Part shown: positions 26,445 to 35,602 of the stretch, in pieces
How positions within the stretch are numbered: position 1 is the stretch's first letter
How the letters are laid out: every line of letters starts with the position of its first letter
IMG/VR virus record: IMGVR_UViG_3300047501_000022
Coordinates: 1-41,381 of that record
Source of the DNA: a virus
Lineage: Duplodnaviria > Caudoviricetes
Strand: one strand, 5' to 3'
Length of the DNA stretch: 41,381 bases
Notes under the pieces: model-generated
What the model was told of the DNA's origin: nothing
The model's input: the letters and a program-made list of their open reading frames with translations, nothing else
The model's database searches: none
Position numbers and translations under genes: made by a program

Positions 26445-26800
26445 GGGGTTATGATGATAATTACATTGCTCGGCGCGACTGGGATGGTCGCCTTCATGCC
26501 GCTCACTTCGTTGCTGTAAGCACTTTCGTTATTGTCAGTATCATAGGCAGTCACAACGAAATAATACATTGTCTCACTCAACAGACCTGTGACTGTGTAG
26601 GCAGTGACATTGCCTACATCAGTTGGAGGCCCATATATCCCAGTTGCAACTCCCCTATATAGCCGATACCCTGCCAGATCCGTAAGCGGACTGCCATCTG
26701 TGTTGGTGGTGGGTGCATCCCAGGTCAGTGTGAAATTGGCTGCCCCCGCAGAAGCAGCCAATGCAAGAATGATCAGTATCGCCAATATCGTATGTTTCAT
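26441..26800 (-). CDS. Secreted fibronectin type III domain protein
   Basis: Signal peptide ending SAGA; TLTWDAP...DLAGYRLY...YYFVVTAYD...ES..SNE. Confidence 0.88.
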   Translation of the reverse strand: MKHTILAILIILALAASAGAANFTLTWDAPTTNTDGSPLTDLAGYRLYRGVATGIYGPPTDVGNVTAYTVTGLLSETMYYFVVTAYDTDNNESAYSNEVSGMKATIPVAPSNVIIIITP

Positions 26801-26811
26801 ATCATGCCTCT

Positions 26812-27489
26812 CTATGATATGCTTGCCGTAATTGTTACGTAGAGCACATCGTTATCCACGAGGGCACGGTCACCGCCGGTGAATGCACCTGCACCATAGA
26901 GCACGGTATTGGTAGTTGCAGCATGTGACACACAGTTAGTGCTACCGCCACACAGGAACGTGCCGGATATGGTTACAGTGCCGGATATGGTAAACGTCGC
27001 CTTGCTGGCAGAATTATCAACTGATCCCGCAGCTATAGTCCCGGTAGTATAGGCAGGCCGTCCGGCAGCATACTCGTCATAGGTAGTATCCTCGACCCAT
27101 CCCGCATGAGATGCCATTGTGTCGCCAGCAGCGAACCCGGTTTCGCTTGGCCCAGTAACGAGTCCTACTGCTGTGGCACTCACACCAGCCGTGCATGCTC
27201 CTGCCTTGAGCGAGCAGTTAAGGTACGCATTTTTACCTTCGGTTGTAACCAGATTCGGGTACTTCTCTTCCCACAAGAGTTTCCCGTCTCTGTATGCTTC
27301 GACGTGATAATAATGCTCGACCTGTGCTCCATAATTTGCAGACGCCTGAGCAACGAGGCCAGAGTACATATTTGCCGCACTCTTTGCAACGTAATCTCCA
27401 GAGTAAACTATCGATGTTACGCTGAGCAATATTGCCATCGCCATCAATAGACCCAGGAATACATTTGTGATTTTGCTGCCCTTCTTCAT
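26812..27489 (-). CDS. Virion fibre/collar-like beta protein with signal peptide
   Basis: Leader ending IVYS; WEEKYPNLVTTEG...AAGDTMASHAGW.E...DNSASKATF recurrent phage structural motif; two close Cys pairs. Confidence 0.7.
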   Translation of the reverse strand: MKKGSKITNVFLGLLMAMAILLSVTSIVYSGDYVAKSAANMYSGLVAQASANYGAQVEHYYHVEAYRDGKLLWEEKYPNLVTTEGKNAYLNCSLKAGACTAGVSATAVGLVTGPSETGFAAGDTMASHAGWVEDTTYDEYAAGRPAYTTGTIAAGSVDNSASKATFTISGTVTISGTFLCGGSTNCVSHAATTNTVLYGAGAFTGGDRALVDNDVLYVTITASIS

Positions 27490-27529
27490 GCTGTTCTCCT
27501 TTTCCGTATACGGTTTATTTATTTTATTG

Positions 27530-29698
27530 CTAAAATAGCAATAATACTCCGCCCTTCTTTATGTCTGAAATAAGACTTATCGCAGATACTCCCGAGAAAG
27601 GCACTGCGCCAAATCCCCCTGTTTGTGAAACAAAGTTTATAGACGATGATGCAGGGAATGCTCCTGCATCGAATCCCCCTGGAGTTGAACTTGCATTGAG
27701 AGAAGACAATCCGGAGAAGGATGTAGCAGTAAAATTCCCCACCGATGAAATAAAGCCCATAGAAGGTGCAGCGGGGAATCCCACTTCATTCGATGAATAT
27801 GACTGGAATAATGCCAATGCTTCCGATGTTGTCATGGAAGTATTATATATTCTTACATCATCTATTTTCCCGGCGAATGCCCTGGTAGTAGTAAGCCTAT
27901 TGCCGACCAGCAATGCTGTAGCTTCAGGTTTCAGAGTCCCGGTTAATGAGGGTTGTGCAGTATATGTTACTTCATATCCATCTTTATACAGATGCATCTT
28001 ACGATCTCCTGTGTTATCGTAAGCAGCTATCACATGCGTCCATGTATTTAGCGGCAGCACTCCGGCGATAGAATAGGTCCGAAATTCTGCAGTCGTACTC
28101 TTTATCCGACACTCAAAGGTTCCATTGCCTGGATCTATAGAGATAACGCACCTAAAATAATCGCTATCCGCACTCTCCCGTGACCATATCCTGCCGAAAT
28201 TTCCCTCTCCGTATCCGGTCGGATACACCCATGCCGAATAGGTGAATTGAGCTAAGTTATTGAATGCAGAGTTGCTGGCTGTGACATAATCATCAGCTCC
28301 ATCGAATTGTATTGCATTGGCATCTCTCCCTGTTGTCCACGTTGGGCCATTAGTTAGAGTTGCGTCAGCTCCGGTAGCAGAAGAATCGTTTGCATTAGTA
28401 CCGCTACTCTCATCGTACTTCCACCAACCGACCAGGCTTGCCGGAGGCCCTACATACTCATATGCTCCAATGTCATATCCAGTTCCCTGTGGCCTTGCAG
28501 TCCCATCAATATCAGTAGTTACCTCAGTAAGAGTGGCACCAGTGCCTATTGCAGAAGACGAGGATAAAAGATAGAAGTCAGTAGGTGCGTTTACAAAACT
28601 AGGATCTGTAGTAAGGTTGTGGTCTTGTGTGGACGTCCCAAAACTATTACCGTCCGTATTAAGATAAAGAATATTATTCCTGGACAACACCGGATTCGTC
28701 CACCAGTTTGAAACATAAATGCCATAATCATCATTGCTGTAAACAGTATTATTGTAAACCTTGGCCCCATTAGCCTCAACTCTAATGCCACTTTGAAGAT
28801 TATCATAAACAATATTGTTCCTGATTATTGTGGACTGGTCGTCGCTGCCCAAAACCGCAATAATACCACACCCAAAAGTTTGCCCATCCTCATCATACGG
28901 AGGGATGTAGCCAGCCCCGTAATCATTGTGCCCGTTGTTGTAGATTACATTTTTCTCAATGATATAGTATCCAGGCTGATCAGCTTCTTCATTGTACACA
29001 TGAATACCATGTCCATATGAATGGACAACTGTATTCCCGCTAACGGTATAATGCTGTCCCTGGAGATACATGCCGTATCCTCGATGACTAAGACCAACAT
29101 CATATATTAGGTTGCCATGTATCTGGATATATTCAGCATTGTGAGTTGTTAAAAACCCTCCTCCGCCAGTATGATAAATTGTGTTATGGTCGATGTGGAC
29201 ATAGTTTGATGTCCCTTCGATCTTGAAACCTGAATTACTGAGTGTTTGACTATATTGAGCAAATAAAGCGCTGTCTATTTTGGGATCTGAGCTGGTTAGA
29301 ATAAACCCATCAATTACGATGTATGTGCAATCAGTGACAGTCCAATCATTGGTTCCATTGGCATAGGCATTCGAGTAACCATCAATTGTTACTGTTTCCC
29401 CTGGGTATGGGGTAAATGTTATCCATGCATCCGCTGCCCCATTCTTTCCATTTATCCAGACATTGCCATATGTGCCAGATCTCACATAAACCACATCTCC
29501 TGCAACCACTACATTAGCTGCATTTTGTATGGTACTGTAGACCTTAGCGCTGCCGCCGGTACATGCCTGAGTTGCAGGCACGTAAGTAGTTAGGCCATTC
29601 GTGCAATCACTGTCAACATACAAATCTGCGGCTTCAGCAGAAAGCAGCGGAAGAAGGATAAAAAGCAATAGACATGCTATTAACAGTATCTTACGCAA
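27530..29698 (-). CDS. Secreted protein with a right-handed beta-helix and a LamG-like domain (likely TTG start MRKILLIA)
   Basis: GGGAG RBS before TTG at 29698; signal peptide ending AEA; TIQNAA..GDVVYVRSGTY; LVGWWKYDE...FDGADDYV...WTHV...GKIDDVRIYN. Confidence 0.85.
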   Translation of the reverse strand: MRKILLIACLLLFILLPLLSAEAADLYVDSDCTNGLTTYVPATQACTGGSAKVYSTIQNAANVVVAGDVVYVRSGTYGNVWINGKNGAADAWITFTPYPGETVTIDGYSNAYANGTNDWTVTDCTYIVIDGFILTSSDPKIDSALFAQYSQTLSNSGFKIEGTSNYVHIDHNTIYHTGGGGFLTTHNAEYIQIHGNLIYDVGLSHRGYGMYLQGQHYTVSGNTVVHSYGHGIHVYNEEADQPGYYIIEKNVIYNNGHNDYGAGYIPPYDEDGQTFGCGIIAVLGSDDQSTIIRNNIVYDNLQSGIRVEANGAKVYNNTVYSNDDYGIYVSNWWTNPVLSRNNILYLNTDGNSFGTSTQDHNLTTDPSFVNAPTDFYLLSSSSAIGTGATLTEVTTDIDGTARPQGTGYDIGAYEYVGPPASLVGWWKYDESSGTNANDSSATGADATLTNGPTWTTGRDANAIQFDGADDYVTASNSAFNNLAQFTYSAWVYPTGYGEGNFGRIWSRESADSDYFRCVISIDPGNGTFECRIKSTTAEFRTYSIAGVLPLNTWTHVIAAYDNTGDRKMHLYKDGYEVTYTAQPSLTGTLKPEATALLVGNRLTTTRAFAGKIDDVRIYNTSMTTSEALALFQSYSSNEVGFPAAPSMGFISSVGNFTATSFSGLSSLNASSTPGGFDAGAFPASSSINFVSQTGGFGAVPFSGVSAISLISDIKKGGVLLLF

Positions 29699-29745
29699 GC
29701 ACCAACTCCCTATCCCAGTATTTGTGCTTGAATATATGAATATAA

Positions 29746-30168
29746 TTACAATCCATTGGCAGCTCCGACCAGATCCCATTTGTTGGCAGTTGAATTATAA
29801 ATAAAGCCTATATATATCGTTTTGCTGATCACTGTAGTCGCAGGAAGTGCGATGTCAGTCCCATAACGATAAATCGCATTCCAGGACAGTGCCCTTGCAG
29901 TAGCATTGTCTTTTATCTTTATCAATAATTTTTGCCCATTGATAGGAGACCCGACAGGTGCCCCGAATGTGGCTGCTTCTGCTAATGCAGTGATCTCGTA
30001 AATGTCTGTTGCCGCTATGTTCGGGGTGGGAGTAGCACTACTGACAATAGATTCCACTCTTGTTGTTCCGCTTTTTGATGCATCCACGATCTGCCATGCG
30101 GATATGTTTGTGGTTGGAAGGATCAACAGGCTGATTGCCAAGAGATATTTTATCAGTTTATTTTTCAT
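29746..30168 (-). CDS. Fibre C-terminal-like domain protein with signal peptide
   Basis: Leader ending NISA; GQKLLIKIKDNATARALSWNAIY...GFIYNSTANKWDLV resembles phage fibre tip domains. Confidence 0.68.
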   Translation of the reverse strand: MKNKLIKYLLAISLLILPTTNISAWQIVDASKSGTTRVESIVSSATPTPNIAATDIYEITALAEAATFGAPVGSPINGQKLLIKIKDNATARALSWNAIYRYGTDIALPATTVISKTIYIGFIYNSTANKWDLVGAANGL

Positions 30169-30172
30169 TGGC

Positions 30173-30700
30173 TTACCTTACTCCCATGCATGTCATAGTT
30201 ACGGAGATGGAAGGAACCCCGCCAGGGGTAAGCGTAATGAGATTCCCCCGGATCTGATTGACTGGCATGTGCGATACGCTGAACATTGCTTGCGTTGCCG
30301 TCAATTCATCGGCAGTAAATGCATGTTCTGTCATCGTAGAAAACGTGGTGCCCGTTAGATTTCCTTCCAATCTGACCGTCACTGCGCTTGGCTCTCCTGC
30401 AATGTCAACTTGACAAGTGAAATAATTATATTCTTCCCAAAAACCATCTCCTCCAAGTTCATGCGATGTGCCTGCCCCTGTGGCGTAAACTGCATTAAGC
30501 AGTACAATGGGATTGCCGGCGAAGGCAGTCGAGGCCAGTAAAAGCACTGCCATGAACAATACTGTCTGACAGACTGTCTGACAGAATGTTACGACAAGAC
30601 ATCTGCCTTTTTTCTGTGATGTTTTGGCTGCTTTTTTGCCTATCTTTATTGGTTGCCCTTTGCTTTGACCTTCTACCCAGGTTGATTTCTTATTTGACAT
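30173..30700 (-). CDS. Jelly-roll-like decoration protein with a long signal peptide
   Basis: Long basic n-region, hydrophobic region ending TAFA; VTVRLEGNLTGTTF. Confidence 0.65.
   Translation of the reverse strand: MSNKKSTWVEGQSKGQPIKIGKKAAKTSQKKGRCLVVTFCQTVCQTVLFMAVLLLASTAFAGNPIVLLNAVYATGAGTSHELGGDGFWEEYNYFTCQVDIAGEPSAVTVRLEGNLTGTTFSTMTEHAFTADELTATQAMFSVSHMPVNQIRGNLITLTPGGVPSISVTMTCMGVR
30562..30584. repeat. Tandem palindromic motif CTGTCTGACAG x2 (12-bp period)
   Basis: Exact copies at 30562 and 30574; also at 37768 and 39748. Confidence 0.85.
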
Positions 30701-30714
30701 ATTTTCACCTAAGT

Positions 30715-30888
30715 TTACTGAATCGGCTTACCGTCTTTGCTAAGATACTGCATCAGAGACGTATAGTAGTGGTTGACTATAGCGGCTCCCATAGGCTTGA
30801 GAGTAGGCCTTAGGATGTTAAGCAGGGTTCCCGTTAAGCTTACTGATGGTTGTGGAACCGGCTTGATATCGACTATCCCTTTTTCCAT
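30715..30888 (-). CDS. Small hypothetical protein (likely start MEKGIVD)
   Basis: GGAGGT RBS; no signal peptide. Confidence 0.55.
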   Translation of the reverse strand: MEKGIVDIKPVPQPSVSLTGTLLNILRPTLKPMGAAIVNHYYTSLMQYLSKDGKPIQ

Positions 30889-30989
30889 TTTGCTTACCTC
30901 CATCTTAGTGTATTTGTTCTTTAGAAAATATATGATCATTCCGCAGTCAAATCGCCTTCCTTTTCTGGCTTTTTGGGTTAAGATTTCAA

Positions 30990-31019
30990 GAAGGCCCGGG
31001 CGTTTCTTTCCGAGCCTCC
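30990..31019 (-). terminator. Hairpin after the capsid/decoration genes
   Basis: GGAGGCTCGG-10 nt-CCGGGCCTTC; weak U tract. Confidence 0.4.
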
Positions 31020-31038
31020 ATTGAAAAGTTAACTCGTA

Positions 31039-32043
31039 CTATGAAGCCTGAGTCGTGGTTATGCCATCCTGTACATTGCACAATCCTGATACATACCAGG
31101 AGGTACCATCAGTGATTATTTCAATGTAATCGCCCTTGATGGCCTTAGCATCTACAAAGGTAATTGTGTCGGATGATGCGGTAGTTGCAACGCTACCTGC
31201 TGCATCTTCTGCACTTGCAATCTGCCCATAGATGATATTGGCTGATGCGTTAGTTACGACAGTATAGCTCGCAGCAGCCGGGGCAGCCGATACAACGATT
31301 TTAAAGTAACATCCGGCCAATGAGGTTACGGCAGGGAGTGTTGTGACATACTCAGTCGCAGAGTTCAGGAAGATGGTCTTCCCGCAATCTGCCGATGTGA
31401 GTGTGTCGGTCCCCGTAGTTACCTCAACTTCCCTGAGACTGCCTGTGCCTTTTTTGAGTACAACTGTGCCTGTCGCATCGGGCAAGGTTATGGTAGCATC
31501 TGCTGTAGGATCTCCGGCAGTGATGGTTGTTTCAAAATCATTGGCAGTTGTCCCTTCCAGGACTATCGGGGTATCCCCAGTAAGCACTCCGAGGGTAGTC
31601 AGTGATGCGGTGCTGTAATATGCGGTGGGGTTGATGTAATACTCGGTTGTACTAATCGCATACCCTACCTGCTGGGACCACGCAGGGGAGCTCTGAGTGA
31701 CTGCCCCTGCTGTCTCTGACAAGTAGCATGCTGTGCCTTCAGATAGGGTTGTCCATCCCGAGACAATACCCATCGTTACGATTTCTACGTTTCCTGTAAT
31801 TACACATGATTTGCCAGCAATGCCGAGAGCTGGCCTCAATGTCCCCACATCGGCATCGGCAGGATAAGCCAGTCCGTCGGCATCGGCTATCGCTACAAGC
31901 TGACCCACTGTGATAGTGGTTCCGCAGGTAGCGCCGAACCTTGACCATTGATTCTTGATCGTATATACCGCATCTGCTGTGGCGGTGAAACAGACAAGAC
32001 AAGCAAGCGCTATCAATAGCGCTATGATCCTTTTATTTTTCAT
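31039..32043 (-). CDS. Capsid cement/decoration-fibre protein with signal peptide
   Basis: Directly after the major capsid gene; leader ending TADA; TITVGQLVAI...AYPADA...ALGIA...YLSETAG cement-like domain; DATITLPDATGT; TLTSADCGKTIFLN...TLPA. Confidence 0.78.
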   Translation of the reverse strand: MKNKRIIALLIALACLVCFTATADAVYTIKNQWSRFGATCGTTITVGQLVAIADADGLAYPADADVGTLRPALGIAGKSCVITGNVEIVTMGIVSGWTTLSEGTACYLSETAGAVTQSSPAWSQQVGYAISTTEYYINPTAYYSTASLTTLGVLTGDTPIVLEGTTANDFETTITAGDPTADATITLPDATGTVVLKKGTGSLREVEVTTGTDTLTSADCGKTIFLNSATEYVTTLPAVTSLAGCYFKIVVSAAPAAASYTVVTNASANIIYGQIASAEDAAGSVATTASSDTITFVDAKAIKGDYIEIITDGTSWYVSGLCNVQDGITTTQAS

Positions 32044-32088
32044 TTTGCATATCTCCTTTTCCCTGTATTCAGGTTTGTAACTTTGTCG

Positions 32089-34455
32089 TTATGCACAGAC
32101 CGATTTGTCGAAGCCTCTGTAATCGGCTATTTCAAACTCGAACTCGTGGCGGCTCTTGTACTGAATCTTGTCTGCCACGAACATTTGACCGACGAGGGGA
32201 TTGTCCGCAACGAAGAACTCGGGTTCCCTCTGTCCATTGATGTATGCAGCCTCCAGCAGTTCTACATCATTCCCGTTCGCTATAAGGCCCCAGTCGTTAA
32301 CATCGGTGAAAAGTGGGTTTGTGATAATCCGTTCGTGATTCGCACCGAACCTGCCTGCATGTGGGTTCGGGGCTGCTGCGCCAGGCCAAGGACTGTTCAA
32401 TGTCTCGGCTATTTCCTTGACTTCGCGTGGAACCCATAGATAAAGAGGAATTAATGCGAGCCCTTCAGCAGAATCCTGCTCTGTCTGTGCATACATGGCC
32501 TTCAGTCTATTCGTAAGGGTTGTTACCCCTGTCGTATCGGCAGTAAGTGCAACCGCTCCGAGGTTACCATGTGCTGCATCGAACAAGGCTACCGAGTCGC
32601 CCTTGAATGTAGCATTGTTGATGACTTTATTCCATGCTCTGCGGGCATGAGTGCGCCTGTGCGCTCTCCCCATCTTTGCTACCAACTGCGATACGGTTTT
32701 AAGGTCGTCATTGAGTAGCACCCTGCGGGTAACTGTGAGCAACCAACCTTTCTGATTCACCGCATAAGTGGCCTCGATGTCTGTCGGCATGGTGATTTCC
32801 TTGTAATCGCCCGTTTCAGGGTTCACATCAGGAACGTCACCGAAGTAACCGACCTGGATGATTTCCAGAGTTTTGAAGTTTTCAGCACTGCGATAGAATG
32901 AGATCAATGCCTCTTCTTGATAATTCACTCTGGCATATTCCTTCAGTAGCCTGCGATACATTGAGTTCCCGAGCACAAAACTGAATGAACTCGTGCTGTA
33001 CGCCGCCGGGAGTCTCATCATGTTCATGAACTTTTCTCCAAGCGCCATGCCTTCCCGGGACGGAAGACCTCTAAGCTCAGGATCACCGGTGAGTCTTACG
33101 TATGCTCCCCTGAGAGATGTGAATGCCGGTACATCCTTGAATTTTGGATCTACGTCGCCGCCTAAAAGCTTATCAAGTGCTGCCTGAAGTTTTTCAGCCT
33201 CTCCTTCAAGGACGTCGGTGCGTAGAGCACCTACTCCGGTCGGGATACCGCTTGATGTGAGTTTGTCGACCATTTCCTTCTCTTCTTTGATCGATGCAGT
33301 AAGGGCAACCGGCTCGAATACCTTGCCCTCGTACTGCCTCCTCACTCTTGCCTTAACGATTTCCGGCAGCCCTGAATGTTCCAGGCTCTCGATCAGCGTT
33401 GAAGTACATGCCAGCAACTTTTGAGTATCTTCAAACTTCTTCGTTGCTTCTGCAACCAACTCTTTTGCATGCTTTGTGGCGTTGTCAGTCAAGGAAGCAG
33501 TCAGCTTATCAAGGTATTCCTTTACTTCGTCTTTCTTGTCGCCAGGCATTGCAACTGCCGAGGCAAGAAGACTCTGCATCTCTTCTTCTGTGGCCGCATC
33601 TCCCTTGGCCTCAATTGCCTCTATTTGCTCCTTGAGGTCTGGGCGCTGCAATTTAAGCGCAGCCAATAACTTTTTGATCATTTCGTTTTCCTCCGTTTTC
33701 CGGCCCGCTGCTTGAGCAGCCGCAGCCATCCTAATGAATTTCCCTCCGGCGATAGGTTCGTAAACTATATCGACGGACTTAACCTTCGCAATTTTTTGCG
33801 CTACCCTCTTGCCCCCTTGCATAGCCACTATCCCCATTGTGTCATGTGAAAGGCCAAGAATATCGTTTGTACTGTGCTCTCCTATCATGCCTTGTTCATG
33901 AGCATCTACAAGAGCATCCCTCAACCATTTATTTCCTGAAGCCTTCAGGATTATTAATTTCCCGCCGAGTCCCATCGGATTTGTATGTACATTCTTGACG
34001 CGACCCACGAGATCACGAACTGAATTTCCAAAAGGATGCTTGCCGGAACTATGCTGCCCTTCCGAGAGAGCGAACACCGGGGCATTTTCATATAGAGAAG
34101 CGGCGGCGTGCAATACTGACAATGGGTATATGGCCCCTCCCTGCTTGTCTTCCCCTGCATTGATTATCTGAACTTCCCATCTCCATCCGTAATCAGCATT
34201 TGTATTGTCAACCGAAGCAGCGACAATTCTGCCTGGAAAATTATAAACTTCCGCTGAAGCAGCTTTGAGATGCCATTCGCCATTATTGTCCTGTTCGTAC
34301 TTCGTTTTTATGGCTGAAATTGCAGTTGCAGCAGCCTTCCCTTCATCGTTGTATTGTTCAAAAGCTGAATTCCAGGCTGCCTGATATATTTGTTGGGCAT
34401 GCTTCGGCATCTTTTTAACCCAATCAGGCAAACTGTCAAGCGTTGGATATGGCAT
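32089..34455 (-). CDS. Fused ChaB domain-prohead protease-scaffold-major capsid protein
   Basis: N-terminal MPY...LP...PKHAQQIY..AWNSA (ChaB); H...GLS...SVDIV.EP..GG (herpes/HK97-type protease); helical scaffold; Mu gpT/HK97-like capsid (LLNDDL, ALFDAAHGNL, DYRG). Confidence 0.88.
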   Translation of the reverse strand: MPYPTLDSLPDWVKKMPKHAQQIYQAAWNSAFEQYNDEGKAAATAISAIKTKYEQDNNGEWHLKAASAEVYNFPGRIVAASVDNTNADYGWRWEVQIINAGEDKQGGAIYPLSVLHAAASLYENAPVFALSEGQHSSGKHPFGNSVRDLVGRVKNVHTNPMGLGGKLIILKASGNKWLRDALVDAHEQGMIGEHSTNDILGLSHDTMGIVAMQGGKRVAQKIAKVKSVDIVYEPIAGGKFIRMAAAAQAAGRKTEENEMIKKLLAALKLQRPDLKEQIEAIEAKGDAATEEEMQSLLASAVAMPGDKKDEVKEYLDKLTASLTDNATKHAKELVAEATKKFEDTQKLLACTSTLIESLEHSGLPEIVKARVRRQYEGKVFEPVALTASIKEEKEMVDKLTSSGIPTGVGALRTDVLEGEAEKLQAALDKLLGGDVDPKFKDVPAFTSLRGAYVRLTGDPELRGLPSREGMALGEKFMNMMRLPAAYSTSSFSFVLGNSMYRRLLKEYARVNYQEEALISFYRSAENFKTLEIIQVGYFGDVPDVNPETGDYKEITMPTDIEATYAVNQKGWLLTVTRRVLLNDDLKTVSQLVAKMGRAHRRTHARRAWNKVINNATFKGDSVALFDAAHGNLGAVALTADTTGVTTLTNRLKAMYAQTEQDSAEGLALIPLYLWVPREVKEIAETLNSPWPGAAAPNPHAGRFGANHERIITNPLFTDVNDWGLIANGNDVELLEAAYINGQREPEFFVADNPLVGQMFVADKIQYKSRHEFEFEIADYRGFDKSVCA

Positions 34456-34458
34456 ATC

Positions 34459-34935
34459 CTATTGTCCTTTCATTTGAGATATGGAAATCATTAACGACTC
34501 GTAGATATCTGAGGGAGTGTCCCATTCAGGCTTTCTCCGTATCAGCGGGCGGGAGATATACTCAAACCCCTCTGCTGTAAGTCTACTGCAGAAATAAAAA
34601 CTCTTATTCTGAACCCTGACTCGCAATACGAAGCTCAGCAGTCCGATTGCATCATAGGATGTACCCACCTTGCTCAACATGAACTTATGCAAATTCAAAG
34701 ACTCCTCATAGGTAAGAGGATCTCTCAAAATGCCAACCTCATGATAATCATCATTCCCCTTCAGGTATAATTCCTTGATATTTCCTACTCTGACTTTCGG
34801 CCATGTAGCCTCAACAAAATCTCCTTCACTATTTATCACAACAGCTACGTGAGACCACTTAGATATCGTCCACCACTGTATGAGACGACTTATTGCAGAC
34901 CTTCCCGACGTAAATATTATGTCTCCGCACTTCAT
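34459..34935 (-). CDS. Permuted papain-like NlpC/P60 amidase (YiiX/YebB family; start MKCGD)
   Basis: GDIIF, WSHVAVV, YD, YFCSRL with His before Cys; ATGA overlap with the upstream gene. Confidence 0.85.
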   Translation of the reverse strand: MKCGDIIFTSGRSAISRLIQWWTISKWSHVAVVINSEGDFVEATWPKVRVGNIKELYLKGNDDYHEVGILRDPLTYEESLNLHKFMLSKVGTSYDAIGLLSFVLRVRVQNKSFYFCSRLTAEGFEYISRPLIRRKPEWDTPSDIYESLMISISQMKGQ

Positions 34936-35333
34936 GTTTTGCTCACTTTGTATTTCTTCCCGTCTTTGGTGACAATCACAAAATGGTCCCCATGATCGGC
35001 ACAAGCCAATATATCTTCTGTAGTGAGTTCGCGCGTGCCTGCAGTGTACTTTCTCCTCATAATCCCAGGAATGCTGCTGTCTTCATACATCACAAGTGTA
35101 GAATAATGATAAGACAGGTTCTTTATCAAGTGGGCCACTTCGCTGAACTTTCCTACCGCAGCTTGAGTTCCATCGGATACGCTGATCTCGGCCTGGTCGG
35201 CCTGGTCGGCCTGGTCGGAATGTGCCTGTTCCGCGATTGAGTTATGCTTTTCTTTTAGCTGGTCAACAAGGGGAGCGCTGGGGACTATAATTCTTTTCTT
35301 CCTTCCTCTTTTGCCCGGTGCCATGTTCTTCAA
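34932..35333 (-). CDS. Hypothetical protein
   Basis: Overlaps both neighbours; C-terminal VIVTKDGKKY; 9-bp tandem repeat 35188-35218 (DQA x3). Confidence 0.65.
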   Translation of the reverse strand: MKNMAPGKRGRKKRIIVPSAPLVDQLKEKHNSIAEQAHSDQADQADQAEISVSDGTQAAVGKFSEVAHLIKNLSYHYSTLVMYEDSSIPGIMRRKYTAGTRELTTEDILACADHGDHFVIVTKDGKKYKVSKT

Positions 35334-35602
35334 CTCAAGACCTCCTGAAATAATATCTGGATAATTCTGTCTGCATGTTTCCCCACCGCGTCCATGTGCT
35401 TTTTATCAAGATCCACATAAGCGATCTCCGATAATGCTTTCCATTCTTCTACTGTTTTCTTGGACAATGTAATGCTTCCGTTTTTATTGACTTCTGCCCG
35501 GCTTAGGAATGTTTTCATCCACTCACACCATTCATTGTGCGCATTCTCAGCTAGTCTTTCTTTTACCATTGGTTTATCGTTCTCCTTTAGCATCATTTCC
35601 AC
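35330..35602 (-). CDS. Hypothetical phage protein
   Basis: ERLAENAHNEWCEWM...YVDL motif; coupled to neighbours. Confidence 0.65.
   Translation of the reverse strand: MEMMLKENDKPMVKERLAENAHNEWCEWMKTFLSRAEVNKNGSITLSKKTVEEWKALSEIAYVDLDKKHMDAVGKHADRIIQILFQEVLS

Noticed and set aside
18842-35004. Track start codons for 18842..19390, 21526..22239, 23007..25847, 27530..29779 and 34459..35004
   Set aside because: Over-extended; downstream starts fit RBS, gene packing and signal peptides better
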